DNA of 64,000 nucleotides, from assembly GCA_013239625.1 (NCBI GenBank), contig MU057202.1:3547101-3611100 (forward strand), read 5' to 3'. Shown one piece after another: positions 56,011 to 64,000 of this stretch. A program made the position numbers and the translations under genes. The notes under the pieces were generated by a model. The model was not told where the DNA came from. It saw only the letters and a list, made by a program, of their open reading frames with translations, and made no database searches. Within the stretch, counting starts at the first letter, position 1, and the number at the start of each line of letters is the position of its first letter. The stretch is from Lama guanicoe (taxonomy: Eukaryota).

Positions 56011-57699
56011 ACAGTACCCGGGCTGCACGCCCCCACCTTCTGGCCCCTGTCAGGAGGTGGTTTGCGCCTCCCCTGGCCCCGAGGGCCATCCGTGCACACC
56101 AGCTCTGTGAGCCAGTGATGAGAACGGCCTACCCGCTACAGCATCACGGCGCTGAGGCCCTTTATCAGCCCGAGGCCCAGGCAGGCCGGGACGGATGGTC
56201 TCCAAGCCCACTTGTGTCTCCTGCTCCAACTGGGCCGTTTATTCTCGCTGGAGCTAGGTGTCCTCCAGCCTTCCGGCAAGACCAATTTGGCGCCGTCACT
56301 TCTGCCTGAGATGAAGTCTGCCTCCCACGGGGTCCCCAGGTACACGCAGCCCCCTCCACCTGGAGGGTCCTGCCCAAAGCTCCTCTCCACCTCAGGAATC
56401 CTGCCCTGCTCTCCCTGAGTCTGGGGGCAATGCCCTCCTGCACCACCATGACACAGTTCCCCCCATTGCACAGCTGCTCGTGTGTCTGCTGGTTCTCCCA
56501 GGAGGTGAGGGACCCCTTGAGGTAGTGTGGCCCTGGCTTCCTGACCCCACCATGCCCTGGGGTAAAAGGACCCAGGACCCACATTCAGGCTCTGCCAAGA
56601 GTACTTCACTGTGTTTGCTGTTGAATGAGTGGCTGACGGAATGGCATCCTCACCGCAAAAAACAAAACCACCTGTTCCCCACTTGCGCTTCAGTATCCCC
56701 CAAACCCCGCCCCCAGGGGCAATCAGAGGGCACGAGGCACCAGGTGGGAGGGTGTGCCTGGAGGTGGGGTCCCTCATCCTCTGGGCTTCCTGGATACTCC
56801 TTTGTCCTCTCTGTCCCCTAGTCTGTCCACAGGGTGGCCAGGGGAACTCCCTCCATCCTGGGTCAGTGACCCTCAACAGAGGGTGCAGAGAAGCCCATGC
56901 TGCCCTGGCTCTGGGGAGGGAGGGGGGTTCATCATACAGGTGGACAGACCTCGGAGCTCGCCAGGCCCCGCACTGATTTCACAGAAAGGAAACTGAGCCC
57001 AGCAGGGTTGGGGATGCCATGTTTAGGCCCGGCTCTCTGCTGTACCCACCAGGGCCCCATCTCAGTTCCGTGCCAAGGCATCACCCCAGGGGTCCAAAGG
57101 GGACCGTGGCCCCAAGAGGCCTTTTCCTGCCAAGAGGTCCCAGGTTGCTCAGGGCCAGTGAGCCTGCTCAGCAGAGGTCTGATGGGTCACCTCACCTTCC
57201 CTCCTGCCCACGGGGCTGGTCTGTGAGCAGCCACGAGGTGGGATAGAGACAGAGCCGGGTCTGCCCTGATGCCGTGGGAGAGAAGGGCTTTCTGGACGCC
57301 CACTCTTCCCTGCCCTGCCCGGGCACTCATGAGACAATGGGTGGCAAGAAAGACTGGAAGCAACGCTTGGTCCCCCCAAGTCGGCCCACCCACACCTCTT
57401 GTGTAAGGTCCTGTGGACTCTCAGGGCTGGGTCTCAAACACTCACCGGCCGGGCTGGGCTGCCTGTAGGACAACAGTGCTGTGTCACCTCCCGCCTGCTC
57501 AGGGCACTTTACCCGCGTCCCCCACGGAATCCGCATGCCAGCCTTGTGTGGCTGTTCTCCAACCCAGGGCCCAGAGAGGGGCTGTAACTAGCCGAGACAA
57601 ACAGCGTGTAGATGGTGGGGCTGGGTTCACACCAGGCTGCTTGCTGCACAATCCCAACAATTCGATTGGGATTACGATTTGGCCAGAAAGAGGACTGAA

Positions 57700-57995
57700 G
57701 TCCCCATTCACACTACGATGTGGGTGAGGTCTGAAAACATCACAGCGAGCGAGGAATCAGGCACAGAACTGCACGATCAAGGATCCCATTTGTGTGAACC
57801 GTCCAGAACAGGCGGATCCAAGAGACAGGAAGGGGGGAGGTGACTGCTGAGGGGCCCAGGGAGATGAAAATGTTCTAAAATTAGCCAGTAATGATGGTTG
57901 CGCAGCTCTGAACAGACTGAAAACCACTGAAATTGTACACGTTAAATGGGTGAACCGTATGTTACGTGAGTTCTCACATGATAGCTGTTTTAAAA
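57700..57995 (+). mobile_element. L1M 3' end remnant
   Basis: gatgaaaatgttctaaaattag...tgatggttgcgcagctctgaa...aaaaccactgaaattgtacacgttaaatgggtgaa...tgttttaaaa. Confidence 0.8.
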
Positions 57996-58289
57996 TCAGA
58001 GCCGACCGGGAACTCAGGCACCTTCTGAACCGCACACTTTCCCCTCTCCCGGGGAGAAGGGGCCGGCAGAGGGCGGGGTGGCGGGGGTGTCCTGGGGTGG
58101 GCGTGGGGGCAGCAGTGGTTGGAGGCGCTGGGGGACGGGGCAGTTCCGCAGGGCCTGTGCGGAGGGGCAGGGCTGAGGGGCGCAGGCGTGTGGGAGGAAG
58201 ACCTAAAATAACTCCAAGAACCTGAAACTCCGGGGAGAAGTTGAGGGCGGTGTGGTCACTGCGAATGGGGAACTGCTTGTGGAGGGAAA

Positions 58290-58920
58290 GGAGAACTTCT
58301 ATCCGGGGACGCAGGGCGAAGCCGGGCCGGGTGGGGGGCGGCAGCGGAGGAGGAGAAAGGGTTTTCACTTGGAAACACTCACGTTCTCAACTTCTTGGGC
58401 ACTGCGTGCTTGTTTGTGGAAGGACCCCCTAAGGCCTGGGGACCCCCGGAGACCCCAGCGCAGTCACTCCCCACCGCCGCCGCCGCCGCCTTTGGAGGGC
58501 TCCAGCGAGTCCAGGCAGAGCCGGCCCCGCCCCCGGAGCCGGAGCCCCGCCCCCGCAAGGAGCCCCGCCCCCACACGGAGCCCCGCCTCCACACACGGAG
58601 CCCCGCCAGGTGCTCATTGGTGAGCTGACGGACCGCGCTGCCCCGGGCTGGCGGTGCTTGGTCTCTGGTCTGCGCCCCAGCAGGCAAAGCCCTCCCTCCA
58701 CACACGGAGCCCCGCCAGGTGCTCATTGGTGAGCTGACTGACCGCGCTGCCCCGGGCTGGCGGTGCTTGGTCTCTGGTCTGCGCCCCAGCAGGCAGTGGA
58801 CGACGCAGCCCGAGGGGTCCGGGCCACTTCTGCTGATAAAGGGGTCCGGGTCACTCACCCATCACTTTACTTGCAGCCGCTCCAGGCGGAGCAGGCTCTG
58901 TGCCGGTGTCGAGGGCACAC
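58290..58920. promoter_or_regulatory. Second CpG-rich island with GC boxes, CCAAT boxes and a GATA site
   Basis: Repeated CCCCGCCCC at 58525-58572, ATTGG twice, TGATAA at 58834-58839 and a short (GCC)n run. Confidence 0.45.
58586..58795. repeat. Tandem duplication, 101 bp x2 (period 109)
   Basis: Copies at 58586-58686 and 58695-58795 differ by one base (gacg vs gact). Confidence 0.95.
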
Positions 58921-59789
58921 AGTAGGCGCTGTGACCACTGATGAACGTTGACGGATAGGGGCGCCATCCGTCCTGGGAGCGGACTTAAGAGTCACCTTGG
59001 CAGGTGGTGGTGGGTTTGCTGGGAGGGATGCGGCCTGGAAGGGGTGTGGGAAGCGCAGGGTCTGAGAGGAGGCTGGTGAGCTGGGGCAGCGCACGGGGTC
59101 GTCATGTGGGGGCAGCACCCAGCCCTTAGGGGCCTGGAGGTCTTGAAGGGAAGGTGAAGAGAGGCAGGAGGGGGCATGGACACGTCACCCCTGTTAAGTT
59201 CAGGTCCAGGAGAGAATGCTCCAGAAGTGGATGGACACGGTGCAGTGACCGTCAGAGGCAAGGAAGGGGTGCAGGAGAGAGAAGTCGGGGGACCCTGGGT
59301 CTCCTCTCTCCTCCAAGCAGCTTGGAAAGATGACTGAGAGAAAACGGAAAGAGAGAAGCCAGCCTTTCGGGGGTGGGGAAGGCTGGATCTTTATTTAAAA
59401 GGACCAGTCAAATTCTAACAAGCATGAGTATGTTCTCTTGGAAGATGTTGGATAGATGCCTGCAGGGGTGAGAGAAGAGCCTTCGGGACCCCAGCCACCA
59501 CTCCCACCCTCTGCTCTCGGGAGGCCCTGTGGATGAGGGACACAGCAGTGGTTTCTTAGCACTGGGCTGTGGGCGGTGTGCTCACCTCCCCCACATTCAG
59601 TTGTGAACCCTCATGATGCCAGGGCCGGGTGGCGGGGTCTTGGGTGCAGGAGGCTGTTTGAAAACAGCAGAGAAGGTGTGAAATTGGAAGCCAGAAAGTC
59701 CTGGTTTGGGAAGGTGGTAAGGACTGGAACCCCATCGTGGACGTAAACAGAAGTCTAATGATTCGGCTTCTACAGAAGCCTCATTTTTC

Positions 59790-60075
59790 CTTATAGGAAG
59801 GGGGTGGCCCAGTTTCTGTCCTCTGTGCCTTCTCTCTTCTGCTTTCTTCCTGCTTGGAAGGCAGATGTGATGCCTGGACGTGGCACAGCCACTTTGCAGC
59901 TAGGAAGCCACAAGTAAGAGGACAGTGGAAGAGAAAGAGCGAAAAAAGCCTGCGTGCCAAATGCTGCTGCGCCAGCCTGAACCACTCGCCTCCAAGCTTT
60001 TGTTACATGGACAAAGACAGACAAACCCTGCTTATTCCGCAGTTAGGTTTTCTGCAGCTGCAGGCAATCCTGCTG
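59790..60075 (+). mobile_element. MLT1-type (MaLR) LTR remnant
   Basis: ctttcttcctgcttggaaggcagatgtgatgcctgga...cagccactttgc...cctccaagcttttgttacatg...gttaggttttctg resembles MLT1J/K. Confidence 0.6.
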
Positions 60076-60104
60076 GAGACATGAAGGTTCAAATCCTTCA
60101 TGAA

Positions 60105-60256
60105 CAGGGCTGCCAGATTTAGGAAATAGAAATACAGATGCTCGGTTAAATTTGAATTTCAGATGAACAGTGAATAAGTTTTAGTATAAGTGTGTCCTAG
60201 GTGACATTTGCGACACACTTGTACAAAAATATTGTTTACCTGAAATTTGACTTTTC
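60105..60256. mobile_element. MER53-like palindromic hAT MITE (one end decayed)
   Basis: cagggctgccagatttaggaaatagaaatacag...gttaaatttgaatttcagat..., with internal inverted arms tataagtgtgtc (60185-60196) and gacacacttgta (60212-60223). Confidence 0.8.
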
Positions 60257-61359
60257 ATGGATGAAGTAACAGAACCCAGAGAGGTGACACATCTTGCCCA
60301 AGGGCTTGTCCGAGCAAGCGGTGGGGCGCAGGCTGGGTCCTGGGGCTCTGGGGCCCCCCTTATTTTCCTCCTGCTCTAGTGCCTCCAGTACTTCCTAACA
60401 CCTGCCGTGATGGGCGCCCAAAGGGGTCTCGGAAAACCCACGAGGCTCGTCGCCAGGACAGAGCAGTCCCAGCTGAGGCCGGTCGGAAGACAGGAGTCGT
60501 GCAGAAAGCAGGGGTGAGTGGGGGAAGCTTCGGTTGCAGTTTGAGCCCACTGGGGCATTTTCGCTGCATCTGACGGAAGTACTAGCTGGAGACGGAGGAT
60601 GGTTGTTCCCTGCCAACAGTGAGCACCCACCTCCGAGCAGGACTGGCTGCTAGGAGCGCCGTGCTGGGAAGGGAGCTGCGGCCTCCTCCACGCTCAGCAC
60701 AGAGGCTCTGTGATTGACCAGCCACGCCGGCCACAGACTGAAAGAGGGGAGCAGCCGGGCCAGTCAGTGGCCAGTCACCCAAAGTTCCCCACGACAGGAT
60801 GCGACATGTCGGGCTTCTCAGGACCGCATTTCAGGCTGACACTCGCCAGGCCCTGTGGAGTGGCGCCACCTTCAGCGTCTCCTTGGGTCCTGGAGGAGCT
60901 CTGCACCCCCGTGAGGACGTCTGCAGAGCCTGGTGTTACCGGCGGGACACACCCGCCCCCCGGCTCACAGGCGCACCTCTGCCCCAGACGTGTCCGCTCT
61001 GCTTGCTCAGAGGTGAACTTGGGGCACCCGCCCTAGCTCCCAGGTGTGCGAGGGGCCTCGGAGGACGAAGCCTGCCCAGGCAAACACCACCGTGTATGCG
61101 GAAGAGAGGACTCAGGGGCCCTGGTTCTCGGCCCCAGTGGCAAGGGCGGTGGGGAGCCCAGGCAGGCGGGTACCCCCCACAGCAGATCTGCGGGGGAGCC
61201 CAAAGCGAGGGTCACAGGGAGAGGGTCAGGTCACCGGGTGCCCGGGAGCACGGCCAGTGCTGGTTCCCACAGCTGCAGGAGACACGCGACGGGTTAGCGG
61301 GAGCCCTGAGGCCTGGATTAAGGCTCATCTTTGCCCTTTCTAAAAAAAAAGGAAAGTGA

Positions 61360-61615
61360 AGATTGTTTTCATTGTGGTATAACACCCAGAACATGAAATT
61401 TACCATTTTACCCATTTTAAAATGACCAATTCAGCAGTCGTCCCTGCTGCCACCAGTTGCCCCCCACCCCCACCAGCTCCTGGCAGCCCGATTGCTTTCC
61501 GTCCCTCTCGAGTCGCCTCTTGTGGACGTTCCGTACGAAGAGCGCCACGTGGTATGTGGCCCTGTGTGTCTGGCTCTTTCCACCTGTGTGATGTTCTCAG
61601 GGTTCATCCAGGCTC
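61360..61615 (-). mobile_element. L1M 3' end remnant (minus strand)
   Basis: ttttcattgtggtataacac...aacatgaaatttaccattttacccattttaaa...tgtgtctggctctttcc...atgttctcagggttcatcca. Confidence 0.75.
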
Positions 61616-62989
61616 CAAGCACCCCAGGCATCGTCCAGACTCTCTCTCAGCTGGCGATGCTCCAGCACCCGCTGCGCCAGGCAAACCTCAGACCCCGAAG
61701 AGAATGCCCCCACCCCCGAATCCGGAGGCCAGTATCAGGGAGTGGGCAGGGAGGCGGCAGGACTGGGTTCGAGGCCCGGCCCGCACAGAGGTCGCGGGGT
61801 CCTCGCATCTCACCATGGGGGGCAGTCCGCTTGCAGTGGTATCGGCAGAAAGAAGACGGGCTCAGTCGGCCAGTGGACGAGAGCTCCCCGGTCCCCTGGG
61901 CCCTGGTCCGTGCAGCAAGGAGGCTGCTCTCGGTCTGCTGTCCGGGTCTTCCCGATGGGGGTGTGCCCAGGGCTTTCCAGGCACCCGGGCAGGATGGCTT
62001 GAAGGAACCCACAGGGTCCTCGACTTCCAGATTGTTCCACCAAGAAACGGGGCCTGCAGTCTGGCCACTCTGCCTTGTCACCTCTGCTTTCCCCACCTTC
62101 CTTCTCCCCTGCAGCCGGAATCCATCAGTGCTTCGCCTCAGGGTGTAAAGACCCAGCAGGTCTCTGTGCCTCCCCGGCCTTCCTCTGATGGAAGCTCCAG
62201 TCCCAAATGAGTGACGAGAGACAGGACAGCCTACGGCCTCCTGTCTGGCCAGGCTGCCAAGGTCAGTGGCCCGCCTGGGACGTGCCTGGCTGTCTTGCTC
62301 TTTACACTGACTGGGTCCCAGACGCTGTAAGCTCGGTGTTAGTTTGCAGGAAACCCACACGTCTGGTAGAGACGTTCGCTCCACTGGCTCCGTCCGGGGC
62401 CTCAGGGTGGCGGCCGTCTTCGGGACGGAGCACCCCTGCATCCGCCCTTGACTCTCCTTTATTCCCTGCCTGGCTCCCCCAGCAATGAGGGAGACACAGC
62501 TCTGACACGGACTCGTATGTTCATGGGAGAATCACACTGTAACTCTCTGGGATGTTTGGGTTCGCTTTCCTTCCTGCCTTCCCACTTTCTTCTTTTCTCC
62601 CTGTCCGCCTATCTATCCACCCCCCAACGTCCATCCGTCTGCCATCCACCTGTTTACATCAGAATTGGAATTCTGAAGAGAGACAGGTGGGTCACTTAAT
62701 AACACGCCCATCTGAAGACAAGCTGACGAAGGTCAGCCCTGACAGTTCGATTTTCTGGTGACTTTCCCACCAATCAGGGTGCTAACTCTGCAGCCTCAGG
62801 GTTGTCACGAAGACAGTTCCCAAGCACGTGCACAGCACAAGGTACACTGCACACTGGACGCGTCACGACTTCTGACTGTTTATGCCGTGGTGTTTGGATG
62901 TTGCAGGCTGGCCCGTGGCACCATCATCTGGGGCCCCGTGTCCTCCTTTGGCTTAGAAGGAGGTTCGTGAAACTGCGTACAAGCCCCTG

Positions 62990-63530
62990 TCCTTTGAAGG
63001 GAAAGGCTTTTGCTTTAGTCTCCCAGGCCTCTCCTGAGTCTCAGAAGTTAATGGTTAGGAACCGTGAAGTTGTAGAAACAAGCATGGCTGTTGGGGGGGG
63101 GACACTGGCAACAACCGAGACTGAAAACCAGCCACACAGCACAGTCACCGACCTCCCAGGTCCCTGGAAGACACAGATAAAGGCCTGACACACACTCCTC
63201 GGTTGTCTTTGCAGGAAGCAGACCCCTACCAGATAAAAACTGCTGACCGCAAGCGCGTAGACCCCAGAGCGGCTGAAACCGAAAGATTGGGTGATGGTCG
63301 GAACTCCACCTTGATGCCCACCCACCCGAGAACTGAGCACATGCTGATCATGTCCCCTGAAGCCCCTCCCCTCCACGGCCTTTGAAAACCCTCCCTGACA
63401 GCCTCGGGGAGTTGGGGGCTTCTGTGAGCGAGCTGCCTGTCCTCCCTGCTGGGCACCTGCTGTGATCACAGCCGGCTGCCGGAGACTGGCTTTGCTGTGC
63501 GCAGGCAAGTCGTCTTCCTTGCAGGAACGG
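62990..63530 (+). mobile_element. Probable ERV1-class solo LTR remnant
   Basis: LTR-like order: U3-like region, cctttgaaaaccctccctg...ggggagttgggg...tgagcgagctgcctgtcctccctgct, then actggctttgctgtgcgcaggcaagt near the 3' end. Family not determined. Confidence 0.45.
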
Positions 63531-64000
63531 GGCGGGGGGAGCTCAGCAACCTGCTTCTGTTTACTATTACAACACCCCTCCCGGGACCCCCATGGGGCCT
63601 CTGCCAGGCCCCCACAGACCCCCTGCGCCCCAAGGCCGCTCTGATGCCTGGACAGCCGCCCTGCCCTGCCTGCACAGCCCAGCTGCCGCCCTCTGCAGCC
63701 AGGGCAGCCCCACCGGGCAGACCTCTGGGCCCCAGCTCCAGATCGGCTCGGTCACATGTTCCTGGCCTTGTCAAGGGGAGGACGGGGGTGTCCCCCAGCA
63801 GCTCAGTCTCCTGACCCCTCCAGGGCAGGCTGTGGTGGCCGCCTCTGTGTGGGGAGGCCTGGAGGGGCTCAGCCAGCCAGTGGGCAGACACAAAAGTCCC
63901 CCCAGCAGCCTCTTCCTTCTAGTGTGGTGGAGGGACCGCTCAGAACCCCTTTTCTGGCTTCCTGCAGAGGAGCGGGGTTTCCCAGCGGGAGGCCTCGGGC

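Noticed and set aside
50386-64000. MTG16a-type coding first exon (MPASRL...-like)
   Set aside because: No matching peptide seen in the ORF track or by reading; it probably lies beyond the right edge.
1-64000. A novel multi-gene or prokaryotic-style system
   Set aside because: Everything I can support is explained by one known spliced gene, its regulatory DNA and ancient repeats.

Overview
This is mammalian genomic DNA: very GC-rich, intron-dominated, with two assembly gaps (36169-36372 and 49496-50241). It is probably from a camelid, judged by two Vic-1-like tRNA-derived SINEs. The only gene I can support is CBFA2T3 (MTG16/ETO2, an MTG/ETO-family transcriptional corepressor) on the minus strand. 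I resolved 11 exons (equivalent to human exons 2-12) with GT-AG boundaries and consistent phases. From the ATG at 20308 (MPDSPAEVK..., MTG16b-type start) to the TGA at 1831 the frame is intact: 564 aa without the 78-nt cassette exon 3, 590 aa with it. It contains NHR1/TAFH, NHR2, NHR3 and the NHR4/MYND finger. The 3' UTR runs to the left edge. A CpG island around the large gap is the likely MTG16b promoter/first exon; I did not find an MTG16a-type coding first exon in the window. The rest is intron with old L1, L2, MIR, MaLR and hAT remnants and a few minisatellites. Apart from ORFs overlapping CBFA2T3 exons, the supplied ORFs look like GC-content artefacts. I found no new gene system. The most unusual signal is a cluster of amino-acid replacements at normally invariant NHR1-NHR3 positions, nearly all explained by A/T-to-G/C changes, mirrored by strongly GC-shifted L1 fossils in the same locus; this suggests GC-biased gene conversion. 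Comparisons with human proteins and repeat consensus sequences are from memory and need alignment to confirm.
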